From Pseudomonadota bacterium (GTDB taxonomy: Bacteria; Pseudomonadota; Gammaproteobacteria; Burkholderiales; Burkholderiaceae_C), in assembly GCA_041178265.1 (NCBI GenBank), contig JBEGVR010000163.1:1-53856 (forward strand): a stretch of 53,856 nucleotides of DNA, read 5' to 3'. Under the pieces are notes generated by a model. The model made no database searches. It was not told where the DNA came from and worked only from the letters and a program-made list of their open reading frames with translations. Below, in pieces: positions 1 through 9,390 of this stretch. How positions within the stretch are numbered: the first letter of the stretch is position 1; the number at the start of each line of letters is the position of its first letter. The translations under genes and the position numbers were made by a program.

Positions 1-544
1 AGGTGAGCGTGCCCCCAAAGCCGAGGCGAAAGCCCAGGTCCACGAAGGCGCGGGCCTGCTGCAGGCTGCCGTTGAAGGCATGCGCGATGCCCTGCACGGG
101 CAGGCGGCGCAACTCGCGCAGCAGTGCGTCGGCCGAACGGCGCACATGCAGGATCACCGGCAGACCATGGCGGCGCGCCAGCCGCAGCTGCTCGATATAG
201 AAAAACTGCTGCCGTCCGTGATCGAGGCCAGGGACTGCATGATCGAGCCCGATCTCGCCCACGGCCACCAGGCGCGCATCATCGCGGCCAGCGGCAAGGG
301 CCCGGTCCAGGCGCTCAAGGTCAGCCTCCTGGGCGGTGGGCGTGTACAGGGGGTGGATGCCCAGCGAGTAGCTGTCGCCGCCCTGGTGGGCCAGCGCGCG
401 GACGCCCTCGAAATGTGTCGCCGACACGGCGGGCAGCACGCAGTGCGCGACGCCGGCCTGAGTGGCGCGTTCCCGCACCGCGAGGCGGTCGGCATCGAAC
501 TCCGATGCATCCAGATGGCAATGGGTATCGATCCAGGCCGACAT
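1..544 (-). CDS. TatD-family metal-dependent hydrolase/DNase (3' end runs off the window)
   Basis: Not in the ORF track. Manual translation of the minus strand from ATG 544 gives MSAWIDTHCHLDASEFDADR..., later GIAHAFNGSLQQARAFVDLGFRLGFGGTLT. DTHCH and HAFNGS are TatD/YjjV motifs. Confidence 0.88.
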   Translation of the reverse strand, partial: MSAWIDTHCHLDASEFDADRLAVRERATQAGVAHCVLPAVSATHFEGVRALAHQGGDSYSLGIHPLYTPTAQEADLERLDRALAAGRDDARLVAVGEIGLDHAVPGLDHGRQQFFYIEQLRLARRHGLPVILHVRRSADALLRELRRLPVQGIAHAFNGSLQQARAFVDLGFRLGFGGTLT

Positions 545-639
545 CGTCCGATGATGCCGCAAGCGGCTGCGCCAGCCGGCGATCCGTGTTACCGTCCTTT
601 CCAGGTTTTTTCGGCTCCCCGGTGTTTTTGAGGTGTCGG

Positions 640-1635
640 ATGCGAAGGCAAGCCCTATACAGTTCCAGTCGCGGCGCCGCCAGGCCTGCCGCTACCCCTG
701 CGCCGGGCGAGCCCCCGGCGCGCGCCGACTCCCCGTCCGGGGACGCGTCGCCCCCCCGAAGCTCCCGCCTGCGCCTGCGGAGCCCCTCGTCCGCAGAGTG
801 GCTCTGGATCGTGGTGCTGCTGCTGGGGGGCCTGCTGGCATGGAGCCTGTCCATGCATCTCGCGACCGGCCAGCGGCGCCTGACGCAGCAGGACATCGAC
901 GCCGCGGTGCTCAAGACCCTGTCCACCCAGAACCTGCCCTCCGAATACGCCCGCGCCTACGAGAACATCCGCCCCTCGGTGGTGCGGGTGGTGGGCTATG
1001 TGCGCGCCAGCAGCCTCAAGCCGGCGCCGGGTAGCCGCGGCGCCAGCGCCGCGCGTCCTCCAGTGGCAGGCGGCGCGCCCGCCGCCGACGAGGAGATCGA
1101 GCACGGCGTGGGCACCGGGGTGGTGATCGTGGACAAGGGCATCATCCTGACCAACCTGCACGTGGTGGCCGGCGCACAGCGCATCGAGGTCACCTTCCAG
1201 GACGGGCTGGTGGCTTCCGCCTATGTGCGCTCGGTGCAGGCCGAGAACGACCTGGCGGTGCTGCAGGCCGACAAGATCCCCGACGACCTGATCGCCGCCA
1301 CCATGCGGTCCACCAAGGACCTGGCGCCCGGCGACAAGGTGATGGCCGTGGGCTTTCCCTTCGGCATCGGCCCCTCGGCCTCGGCCGGGATCGTCTCCGG
1401 CCTGGGGCGCGCCTTCCGCTCGCCGCAGGGCCAGCAGGAAATGAAGAACCTGATCCAGTTCGACGCGGCGGCCAACCCGGGCAACTCCGGCGGGCCGCTG
1501 GTCACCATGGAAGGCGAGGTGGTGGGCATCGTCACCGCCATCCTCAACCCCACGCCGGCACGCACCTTCCTGGGCATCGGATTCGCCGTGCCAATCGAGA
1601 GTGCGGCCTCGGCCGTCGGACTGCCGCCCTTCTGA
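640..1635 (+). CDS. Membrane-anchored trypsin-like serine protease (S1C/HtrA-like, no PDZ domain)
   Basis: Triad motifs LTNLHVV, NDLAVL and AANPGNSGGPL. N-terminal TM segment WLWIVVLLLGGLLAWSL. The protein ends right after the protease domain. Start ATG 640 follows GAGGTG; the ORF-track start at 124 overlaps tatD. Confidence 0.88.
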   Translation: MRRQALYSSSRGAARPAATPAPGEPPARADSPSGDASPPRSSRLRLRSPSSAEWLWIVVLLLGGLLAWSLSMHLATGQRRLTQQDIDAAVLKTLSTQNLPSEYARAYENIRPSVVRVVGYVRASSLKPAPGSRGASAARPPVAGGAPAADEEIEHGVGTGVVIVDKGIILTNLHVVAGAQRIEVTFQDGLVASAYVRSVQAENDLAVLQADKIPDDLIAATMRSTKDLAPGDKVMAVGFPFGIGPSASAGIVSGLGRAFRSPQGQQEMKNLIQFDAAANPGNSGGPLVTMEGEVVGIVTAILNPTPARTFLGIGFAVPIESAASAVGLPPF

Positions 1636-1679
1636 AGCCCCTTCCTGCCCGAACACCTTCCCAAGAACCGCCCACGCCC

Positions 1680-2690
1680 ATGACCTCCAGCCTGCCCACC
1701 CCGGACCCCGCCACCGCCAAGCTCATGGAGCAGATCCTCTACGAGGTCAAACGTGTCGTCGTCGGCCAGGACCGCTTCCTCGAACGCGTCATGGTGGCCG
1801 TGCTGGCCCAGGGCCACCTGCTGGTCGAGGGCGTGCCGGGGCTGGCCAAGACGCTCACCGTCAAGACGCTGGCCAGCACGGTGCGGGGCCAGTTCAAGCG
1901 GATCCAGTTCACCCCCGACCTGGTGCCCGCCGACCTCGTGGGCACCCGCATCTACAACCAGCGCACCGGCGACTTCAGCACCACGCTGGGGCCGGTGTTC
2001 ACCAACCTGCTCCTGGCCGACGAGATCAACCGCGCCCCCGCCAAGGTGCAAAGCGCGCTGCTGGAGGTGATGCAGGAGCGCCAGGTGACCATCGCGGGCG
2101 AGACCCACCGCGTGCCCAGCCCCTTCCTGGTGATGGCCACCCAGAACCCGATCGAGACCGAGGGCACCTACCCACTGCCCGAGGCGCAGGTGGACCGCTT
2201 CATGATGAAAGTGCTGGTGGACTACCCGAGCGAAGAAGAGGAATACGTCATCGTCGAACGCGTGACGGGACCGGCAGTCAACGTGTCGGCGGTGGCCACT
2301 ACCGAACAACTGGCGGCCCTGCAGCGCGAATGCCGGGGCGTGTATGTCGATCCGTCACTGGTGCAGTACGCGGTCAAACTGGTGTCGGCCACACGCGATC
2401 CGGCGCGCCACGGCCTGGCGGACCTGGCCCGATTCATCACCTACGGCGCCAGCCCGCGCGACACCATCAACCTGACCGAGGGCGCGCGCGCGCTGGCCCT
2501 GATGCGCGGGCGCGGCTACGCCCTGCCCGAGGACATGACCGACCTGGCCGCCGATGTCCTGCGCCATCGCCTGGTGCTGTCCTACGAGGCGCTGTCCGAG
2601 GGGCTGGACCCCGACGCCCTGATCACGCAGATCATGGCCAAGATCCCCGCGCCGCCGCGGCCGCTCGAACATGACAAGCTCGCCGCCTGA
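1680..2690 (+). CDS. moxR: MoxR-family AAA+ ATPase
   Basis: Walker A EGVPGLAKT, RIQFTPDLVPAD, Walker B LLADEINRAPAKVQSALLE, ATQNPIE, LPEAQVDRF. Confidence 0.95.
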   Translation: MTSSLPTPDPATAKLMEQILYEVKRVVVGQDRFLERVMVAVLAQGHLLVEGVPGLAKTLTVKTLASTVRGQFKRIQFTPDLVPADLVGTRIYNQRTGDFSTTLGPVFTNLLLADEINRAPAKVQSALLEVMQERQVTIAGETHRVPSPFLVMATQNPIETEGTYPLPEAQVDRFMMKVLVDYPSEEEEYVIVERVTGPAVNVSAVATTEQLAALQRECRGVYVDPSLVQYAVKLVSATRDPARHGLADLARFITYGASPRDTINLTEGARALALMRGRGYALPEDMTDLAADVLRHRLVLSYEALSEGLDPDALITQIMAKIPAPPRPLEHDKLAA

Positions 2691-3645
2691 ACCCTCCAAC
2701 GCGGGCAGCGCCGCGGCCGGCACGGGCGAGGCCGAGCGGCTGCTGCGCCGCCTGGAGTGGACCGCGATCCGGCGGCTCGACGGACTGCTGCAGGGGGACT
2801 ACCGCACGCTGATGCGGGGCAGCGGCATGGACCTGGCGGACCTGCGCGAATACCAGCACCACGACGATGTGCGTCACATCGACTGGAACGTCACCGCGCG
2901 TCACGGCACGCCGCATGTGCGCGTCTTCACCGAAGACCGCGAGATGGCCGCCTGGTTCCTGGTGGACCTGAGCCCCTCGATCGACTTCGGCTCGGGCGAG
3001 CAGCGCAAACGGCACCTGGCCGCCGACTTCACCGCCGTCCTGGCGCGCCTGCTCGCGCGGCATGGCAACCGGGTCGGCGCGATGGTCTACCGGCAAGCGG
3101 TGGACACCGTGATTCCCGCAGGCAGCGGCCGGCGCCATGTGCTGCACCTGGTCCACAGCCTCGGGCACCGGCCAGCGCCGGCCGAGACGGGACCGACCCG
3201 CCTGCGTGACCTGCTGGATACCGCTGCCGGCGTGATCCGCCGGCGCTCCACACTGTTCGTGGTGTCCGACTTCATCAGCGAGCCGGGCTGGGAGCGCGCC
3301 CTGGCCCGCCTGGCGCAGCGCCATGAGGTGGTCGCCGTGCGGGTGCTCGACCCGCTCGAACTGGACCTGCCCGACCTGGGCCTCTTGACCCTGCGCGACG
3401 CCGAGAGCGGCGAACACCTGCTGGTGGACACGCACGACGCCGGTTTTCGCAGGCGCTTTGCCCGCATCGCCGCCCAGCGCGAGGCCGAACTGCGCGAGGG
3501 CCTGGCCCACGCAGGTGTCGACACGCTGGAACTGGCCACCGACGGCGACCTGGTCGAGGCCCTGGTGCGCTTCGTCGAAATGCGCCGGCGCCGCACCCGC
3601 CTGTCCTCGGGCAGCCTGCCGGCCCACCTCAAACAGGTCGCCTGA
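2671..3645 (+). CDS. DUF58 domain protein with vWA-like C-terminus
   Basis: DLADLREYQHHDDVRHIDWNVTAR signature, DLSPS MIDAS-like motif, VSDF. Overlaps the moxR 3' end. Confidence 0.92.
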   Translation: MTSSPPEPSNAGSAAAGTGEAERLLRRLEWTAIRRLDGLLQGDYRTLMRGSGMDLADLREYQHHDDVRHIDWNVTARHGTPHVRVFTEDREMAAWFLVDLSPSIDFGSGEQRKRHLAADFTAVLARLLARHGNRVGAMVYRQAVDTVIPAGSGRRHVLHLVHSLGHRPAPAETGPTRLRDLLDTAAGVIRRRSTLFVVSDFISEPGWERALARLAQRHEVVAVRVLDPLELDLPDLGLLTLRDAESGEHLLVDTHDAGFRRRFARIAAQREAELREGLAHAGVDTLELATDGDLVEALVRFVEMRRRRTRLSSGSLPAHLKQVA

Positions 3646-3663
3646 CCGCACCCCGCCCCCGCC

Positions 3664-4707
3664 ATGCATTTCCTCTGGCCCCACCAACTCTGGCTCCTGC
3701 TGCTGCTGCCGCTGCTGGTGCTGCTGTACCTCCTGCTGCTGCGGCGCAAGAAGAAGCTCGCAGTGCGCTACGCCTCGCTGGCCATCGTCCAGGAGGCCCT
3801 GGGCAAGGGGCCGGGCCTGCGCCGGCACGTGCCACCCGCGCTGTTCCTGCTGGCGCTGGCGGCCATGCTGCTGGCGTCCGCGCGCCCGGTCGCCACGCTC
3901 ACCCTGCCCTCGACGCAGCAGACCATCATCCTGGCCATGGACGTCTCGGGCAGCATGCGCGCCACCGACGTCCAGCCCAATCGCCTGGTGGCGGCGCAGA
4001 CGGCGGCCAAGGCCTTCCTCACTGAGCTGCCGCGCGACGTGAAGGTGGGCATCGTGGCCTTCGCCGGGTCGGCGCAGGTGGCGCAACTGCCCACCGTGAA
4101 CCGCGAGGACCTGGTCACCGCCATCGACCGTTTCCAGATGCAGCGGGCCACCGCCACCGGCAATGCGATCGTGATGTCGCTGGCCACGCTGTTCCCGGAC
4201 GACGGCCACATCGACCTGCAACTGATGCAGAACAACCGGGACCGCATGCGCGGTACCTCCCTGGACGCAGAGAAAAAGGAGAAGCAGCCCTTCACCCCTG
4301 TGGCACCGGGCTCCTACACCTCGGCGGCGATCATCATGCTCACCGACGGCCAGCGAACCACCGGCGTCGATCCGCTGGAAGCGGCCAAGATGGCGGCGGA
4401 ACGGGGCGTGCGCGTGTACACCGTGGGCATCGGTACCGTCGATGGCGAGACCATCGGCTTCGAAGGCTGGTCCATGCGCGTGCGGCTGGACGAGGAAACC
4501 CTCAAGCAGATCGCCACCCGCACCAGCGCCGAGTATTTTTATGCCGGCACCGCGCAGGATTTGAAGAAGGTCTACGAGACCCTGAGCACCCGCCTGACCG
4601 TCGAGAAAAAGGAGACCGAAGTCTCCGGCCTGCTGTCGCTGCTGGCCGCCGCCCTGGCGGTGCTCTCGGCCGGACTGTCGGTGCTGTGGTTCAACCGGAT
4701 CCTGTAG
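3664..4707 (+). CDS. BatA-type vWA domain membrane protein
   Basis: N-terminal BatA-like hydrophobic segments, MIDAS MDVSGSM, LTDG, VYTVGIG, C-terminal TM helix. Confidence 0.92.
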   Translation: MHFLWPHQLWLLLLLPLLVLLYLLLLRRKKKLAVRYASLAIVQEALGKGPGLRRHVPPALFLLALAAMLLASARPVATLTLPSTQQTIILAMDVSGSMRATDVQPNRLVAAQTAAKAFLTELPRDVKVGIVAFAGSAQVAQLPTVNREDLVTAIDRFQMQRATATGNAIVMSLATLFPDDGHIDLQLMQNNRDRMRGTSLDAEKKEKQPFTPVAPGSYTSAAIIMLTDGQRTTGVDPLEAAKMAAERGVRVYTVGIGTVDGETIGFEGWSMRVRLDEETLKQIATRTSAEYFYAGTAQDLKKVYETLSTRLTVEKKETEVSGLLSLLAAALAVLSAGLSVLWFNRIL

Positions 4708-4730
4708 CGGCCACGCTCAGGGCCCCCGCC

Positions 4731-7187
4731 TCACACCCGACCCAGCGCGCGCAGGATCTTCTCGGGCGTCATCGGCTGCGACCAGCACTGCGCGGCCAGC
4801 GGTGCCAGGGCATCGTTGATGGCATTCATCACCGCCGCAGGGGCGCCGGCCGTGCCCGCCTCGCCCGCGCCCTTGGCGCCCAACTGGCTGCTGCGAGTGG
4901 GCGTCTGCACGTGGGCCACCTCGATATCGGGCATCTCCGCGCTCATGGGAACCAGGTAGTCGGCCATGCTGGCGTTGATCATCAGCCCGCGTTCGTCATA
5001 CAGGCATTCCTCGAGCAGCGCACCGCCCAGGCCCTGCACGATCGCCCCGCGAATCTGTTCGTCCACCAGCTTGGGGTTGATCACGCGGCCGCAGTCTTCC
5101 ACCGCCCAGTGTTTGAGCAGCTTGACGAAGCCGGTATCGGTATCGACCTCGACGTACGAGGCCTGCACGCCGTTGGTGAAGATGAAGGGGTAATCGCGCT
5201 GCGCATAGTGGCGCGTGACCATCAATTCGGGCGTGAAGTCAGGGGGCAGGGTGTCGGAGCGGAAATAGGCCACGCGACCGAGCTCCGCGAAGTCAAGCAC
5301 CGAGGCCAGCGTCTGGGCATCCACCACCTGGCCGCGACGGACCGCCAGTGCGGCCGCGTCGCGCTTGAGGATCACCGCCGCCGTCTTGAGGATGTTGGCG
5401 CGCAGCGCCTGGCCGGCCAGCAGCACGGCCTCGCCACCCACGCCCGCGCCCCGCGAGGCCCAGGTGCCCCCGCCATAGGGGGTGACGTCGGTGTCACTGA
5501 GCACCAGCCGCACTTTCTCCAGGTCCACGCCGACGGCGTCGGCGGCGATCTGCCGGTAGATGCCGTCATTGCCCTGGCCTTGCTCGCCCACGCTCACGCT
5601 CACGCTGATCGCGCCCGAGGGGTCCAGGCGCATGGTGCAGCCGTCCTGCGAAGCGATGCGCGCGCCCCCCACGCCATAGAATGCGGCGCTGGGGTTGGTC
5701 AGCTCGATCAGCGCCGCAAAGCCGATGCCGCGGTAGATGCCCTGCCGGCGCAACTCGGCGATCTCGGCCTTCAGACGGGGGTAGTCCATCAACTGCTCGA
5801 TCTTGCGCAGGCAGGCCTCGTGCGACAGGACCTCCAGCTTGATGCCGCTGGCGCCCGTGGCGGGATAGGCGTCGTCGGGAATCACGTTCTTCTTGCGGAA
5901 CTCCAGGGGGTCCATGCCGATCGCGCGCGCGGCCTGGTCGACCAGGCCCTCGGTCACTGCGCAGGCGATGGGGTGGCCCACGCCGCGGTACTGGCAGGTG
6001 GGCGTCTTGTTCTGGAAGACGACGTTCAGGCGGGCGCGGTAATGCTTGTGCCTGTAGGGGCCGCCCACCAGGTTGACCACCTGGTTGCCCTCGATCGCGC
6101 TGGTGCGCGGGAACATGGAGAACGGACCGATGCCCGTGAGGTCGTCCATCTCGAAGGCCAGGATCTCGCCGCTCTTGGTGGCGGCGATGCGCGCCTTCAC
6201 CCGGTGGTGGCGGGCATGAATGTCGCTGGTGAAGCTTTCGATGCGGTCGGCCACGAACTTGACCGGGCGCTTGCATAGCATCGACAGGGCCACCGTCGCA
6301 AAGTCGTCGGGGTAGGCGTGCACCTTGATGCCGAACGAACCGCCTACCTCCTTGCAGACCACGCGTACTGCGTGCTCGGGCAGGTCGAACTGGCGGGCGT
6401 ACAGGTCCTGCATCATGTGCGGGGCCTGGAAGGAGTGGTAGACGGTGAGTTTCTGTTCACCCGGATTCCAGTCGGCGATCTGGCAGCGCGGCTCCAGCGT
6501 CACACCGGTGTGGCGCCCGAAGTGGAAGGTGGTCTCGACCACCGCGTCGGCCCGGGCGAAGGCCTCGTCCACCGCGCCGACGTCCAGGCTGCGGGTGAAG
6601 CACAGGTTGTCGCCCAGCTCGGGGTGGATCAGCGGCGTGGCGGGATCCAGCGCAGTCTCCATGTCAACCACCGGTTCGAGTTCGTCCAGGTCGACCTGCA
6701 GCACCTGCAAGGCGTCCTCGGCCTGCTCGCGCGTCTCGGCGACGATAGCGACCACCGGCTCGCCCTGCCAGCAGGCGCGGTCGATGGCCAGCGGGTATTG
6801 CGGCGCCGACTTCATGCCAGCCAGGTGGCCCAGTACCGCCACCCAGGGCTTGCAGACCTTGGCCAGGTCGTGGCCGTCGGCCACCAGGATCACGCCGGGC
6901 ATGCCGCGCGCCGCCGAGGCGTCGATGGCGCGGATGCGCGCGTGCGCCACCGGGCTGCGCCAGTACACCACGTGTGCCATGCGGGGCAGCTCGATGTCGT
7001 CGACGTAGGTGCCCTGGCCTTGCACCAGCTTGCGCGCGCTCGGGCGCTCGACGCTCTGGCCGATGTAGCGCGGGTCTTCGGTGACCGGATGCAGGGACTT
7101 TTCGGCCGGGTCGGTGCGGGGGCGTTCCTCGACCTCGGAGCCGGCCTGCACGCCGGGCAGCGTGGGGGCGAGCGTGCCGGCGTTCAT
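4731..7187 (-). CDS. Xanthine oxidase-family molybdenum hydroxylase large subunit (CoxL/CutL-like, not form I CODH)
   Basis: GQGTYVDD, RSPVAHARI, GGSFGIK, GEQGQG, GGGTWASRG and GAKGAGEAG (catalytic Glu). Active-site loop CQYRGVGHP. Start ATG 7187 overlaps the small-subunit stop (ATGA). Confidence 0.93.
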   Translation of the reverse strand: MNAGTLAPTLPGVQAGSEVEERPRTDPAEKSLHPVTEDPRYIGQSVERPSARKLVQGQGTYVDDIELPRMAHVVYWRSPVAHARIRAIDASAARGMPGVILVADGHDLAKVCKPWVAVLGHLAGMKSAPQYPLAIDRACWQGEPVVAIVAETREQAEDALQVLQVDLDELEPVVDMETALDPATPLIHPELGDNLCFTRSLDVGAVDEAFARADAVVETTFHFGRHTGVTLEPRCQIADWNPGEQKLTVYHSFQAPHMMQDLYARQFDLPEHAVRVVCKEVGGSFGIKVHAYPDDFATVALSMLCKRPVKFVADRIESFTSDIHARHHRVKARIAATKSGEILAFEMDDLTGIGPFSMFPRTSAIEGNQVVNLVGGPYRHKHYRARLNVVFQNKTPTCQYRGVGHPIACAVTEGLVDQAARAIGMDPLEFRKKNVIPDDAYPATGASGIKLEVLSHEACLRKIEQLMDYPRLKAEIAELRRQGIYRGIGFAALIELTNPSAAFYGVGGARIASQDGCTMRLDPSGAISVSVSVGEQGQGNDGIYRQIAADAVGVDLEKVRLVLSDTDVTPYGGGTWASRGAGVGGEAVLLAGQALRANILKTAAVILKRDAAALAVRRGQVVDAQTLASVLDFAELGRVAYFRSDTLPPDFTPELMVTRHYAQRDYPFIFTNGVQASYVEVDTDTGFVKLLKHWAVEDCGRVINPKLVDEQIRGAIVQGLGGALLEECLYDERGLMINASMADYLVPMSAEMPDIEVAHVQTPTRSSQLGAKGAGEAGTAGAPAAVMNAINDALAPLAAQCWSQPMTPEKILRALGRV

Positions 7188-7696
7188 GCGGACACCTGGG
7201 CGGCGGAGCGTCCCGCGCCCTGGGCAGCGCGCGTGGCCAGGGTGTCGCAGATGGCGTCGACGATGGCGTGGTAGCCGGTGCAGCGGCAGTAGTTGCCGCT
7301 CATCCACTCGCGCACTTCCGCGCGCGTGGCGTCGGGCTTGGCCTGCAGCAGTTCCTTGGCCGCCATCACCATGCCCGGGGTGCAGAAGCCGCACTGCAGC
7401 GCGTTGTGGCGCACGAAGGCGTCCTGCAGGTCGCGCACATCGCCATCCTCGGACAGGCCCTCGATGGTGCGCACCTTGCAGCCCTGCGTCTGCACCGCCA
7501 GGGTGAGGCAGCCCCGCACGATGCGGCCGTCGACCTCGACGGTGCAGGCGCCGCAGACGCCGTGTTCGCAGCCCAGGTGCGAGCCCTTGAGCCCGAGTTC
7601 ATTGCGCAGGAAGTCGACCAGGTGCTGGCGCGGTTGCACGCTGCGCTGCTGCGGCCGGCCATTGACGTTGACATGAAGGGTGTGGAGTTCTGCCAT
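7184..7696 (-). CDS. Molybdenum hydroxylase small subunit, 2x[2Fe-2S] (CoxS-like)
   Basis: GCEHGVCGACTV...GC and QCGFCTPG...NYCRCTGY cysteine motifs. Confidence 0.95.
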   Translation of the reverse strand: MAELHTLHVNVNGRPQQRSVQPRQHLVDFLRNELGLKGSHLGCEHGVCGACTVEVDGRIVRGCLTLAVQTQGCKVRTIEGLSEDGDVRDLQDAFVRHNALQCGFCTPGMVMAAKELLQAKPDATRAEVREWMSGNYCRCTGYHAIVDAICDTLATRAAQGAGRSAAQVSA

Positions 7697-7713
7697 GGGA
7701 ATGTCTCCGGGGT

Positions 7714-8589
7714 TCAGGCGGCCAGCGCGCTGCGACTGGCGTGTGCAGCGCCCAGCAGGCGTTGGGTCAGGACTGTGGCCAGGTGGCGCTTGGTGTCGGC
7801 GCTGTGGGTGAGGTCGGGGATGGGGTCGAGTTCGACCTTGAGCGACGCCATCGCGATCCCGATCGTCGCGGCGTCCAGCGCCTTGCCGGCCAGCACGGCC
7901 TCGGTACGACGTGCGCGCACAGGTATCGGCCCGATGCCCAGGAAGCTCAGGGCCACCTGCTGGACCTGAACGCCCTTGAAGCGCGCCCGCACCGCCAGGC
8001 CGGCCACGGCGTAGTCGCCATGGCGCCGCGCCAGTTCGTCAAAGGCGTACCAATCGGCGGCGCTGGCCAGGGGCACGTCGGCGCCAGTCACGATCTCGTC
8101 GGGCTGGCGGTCTGTGGTGTAGAGGTCCTGGAAAAAATCGGTGGCCGCCACGCTGCGCCGGCCGCCCGGACCCTGCAGGTGGACGGTGCCCTCGAGTGCG
8201 CACAGGCAGCAGGGCCACTCGGCGGCCGGGTCGCCATAAGCGATGGAGCCGCCCCAGGTGCCCGAATTGCGGATGGCGCGATGCGCGATATGCGGCGCGG
8301 CCTGCGCCAGCAGGGGCGCATGCTGGCCCACCAGCGGGCTGTCCTCGATCTCGGTGTGCGTGGCCAGCGCGCCGATATGCAGGCGATCGCCCTCGACGCG
8401 GATGCCGCGCAGCGCTGTCAGGCCGGTGATGTCGATCACCAGACGCGGTTCGGACAGCCGCATGTTGAGCGTGGCCAGCAGCGTCTGCCCGCCGGCCAGC
8501 AGGCAGGCGTCGTCGCCATGCGCCTGCAGCAGGCTGAACACCTGGTCCAGCGTGGCCGGCTTGATGTAGTCGAAGGGAGGGGATTTCAT
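7714..8589 (-). CDS. Molybdenum hydroxylase FAD-binding medium subunit (CoxM-like)
   Basis: MKSPPFDYIKP start with GAGGAG RBS; LLAGGQTL, IRNSGTWGGS, ARRHGDYA. Confidence 0.93.
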   Translation of the reverse strand: MKSPPFDYIKPATLDQVFSLLQAHGDDACLLAGGQTLLATLNMRLSEPRLVIDITGLTALRGIRVEGDRLHIGALATHTEIEDSPLVGQHAPLLAQAAPHIAHRAIRNSGTWGGSIAYGDPAAEWPCCLCALEGTVHLQGPGGRRSVAATDFFQDLYTTDRQPDEIVTGADVPLASAADWYAFDELARRHGDYAVAGLAVRARFKGVQVQQVALSFLGIGPIPVRARRTEAVLAGKALDAATIGIAMASLKVELDPIPDLTHSADTKRHLATVLTQRLLGAAHASRSALAA

Positions 8590-8635
8590 GAGGGGCTCCT
8601 CATCCGGGCAAGTGGAAGGGCCAAGGAGGAGTGCA

Positions 8636-9304
8636 TCACAGCCGCGCCCCGATCCAGACCCCCAGGGCGGTGGCCAGCACACCAAGCAGGAACCATTTGA
8701 CGCGCAGCCATTCGACCGACCCCGGGGCCTGCGAAGCCTGTGCGCCAGGCATCGGTCCGGTCCGGGGTGGCGCTGCCACGCGCGGTGTCGCCGCAGTGTC
8801 GCCCACCGCAGGGTGCGGGGCGCCGTCCGGGCGGGGGCCGGCATCGCCCGCTTCCGCCTGCGCCTGGGGCGCCAGCTGCGCCTGGAACGCCGTGAAGAAC
8901 TGGTCGGCCATCTGCTTGGCGGCGGCATCGATCATGCGGCCGCCCACCTGACCGAGCTTGCCGGCCACCGAGGCCTGCACCGTGTAGTTCAGGCGGGTGC
9001 CGCCGGCCTCGTCCGAGAGCTCGACCTGCGACTGCCCGCGCGCCATGCCCGCAGCGCCGCCAGAGCCTTCGAAGCCCAGGGCGCAACGCTCGTTCTCGGT
9101 CACGTCGGACAGCAGGATGCGGCCAGCAAAGCGCGCTCGCACCGGTCCCACCTTGACCATCACGCGGGCGGTCTTCTCGGTCGGACTGACCACCTCGACG
9201 CCCTCGCAGCCCGGAATGCAGGCCGCCAGCACGCCGGGGTCGTTCAGGGCCGACCACACGCGAGCGCGGGGAGCAGCAATCAGGACACCGCCGCTCAGTT
9301 GCAT
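8636..9304 (-). CDS. CoxG/SRPBCC-family protein with C-terminal membrane anchor
   Basis: VWSALNDPGVLAACIPGCE, GKLGQVGGRMID, Pro/Ala-rich linker, terminal TM KWFLLGVLATALGVWIG. Confidence 0.9.
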   Translation of the reverse strand: MQLSGGVLIAAPRARVWSALNDPGVLAACIPGCEGVEVVSPTEKTARVMVKVGPVRARFAGRILLSDVTENERCALGFEGSGGAAGMARGQSQVELSDEAGGTRLNYTVQASVAGKLGQVGGRMIDAAAKQMADQFFTAFQAQLAPQAQAEAGDAGPRPDGAPHPAVGDTAATPRVAAPPRTGPMPGAQASQAPGSVEWLRVKWFLLGVLATALGVWIGARL

Positions 9305-9339
9305 AGAAATGTCTTGGGGGTTTTCACGGGTGATTTTTG

Positions 9340-9386
9340 TTTACCACGCGGTCAACAATGCTAGGCAGAGTTGACCGATCGGTAAA
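9340..9386. promoter_or_regulatory. Double operator: two TT(T/G)ACC-N4-GGT(C/A)AA boxes in inverted orientation
   Basis: TTTACCacgcGGTCAAC at 9340-9356 and GTTGACCgatcGGTAAA at 9370-9386. The second is the reverse complement of the first except in the 4-nt spacer. They lie between the divergent coxG-like and tetR genes. Confidence 0.7.
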
Positions 9387-9390
9387 TAGC

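Noticed and set aside
80-631. 183-aa plus-strand ORF and the 124-639 extension of the protease ORF
   Set aside because: Both are antisense to the TatD gene, whose motifs are clear on the minus strand.
1680-4707. MoxR/vWA pair as CoxD/CoxE maturases for the adjacent Mo enzyme
   Set aside because: The MoxR has MRP-type motifs with a DUF58 and BatA-type membrane vWA partner. The operon is convergent with the Mo genes, and the enzyme has no Cu site to mature.
4731-9304. Aerobic CO dehydrogenase (form I coxMSL)
   Set aside because: It lacks the AYxCSFR Cu-binding motif, has no coxDEF, and is linked to a solute transporter.
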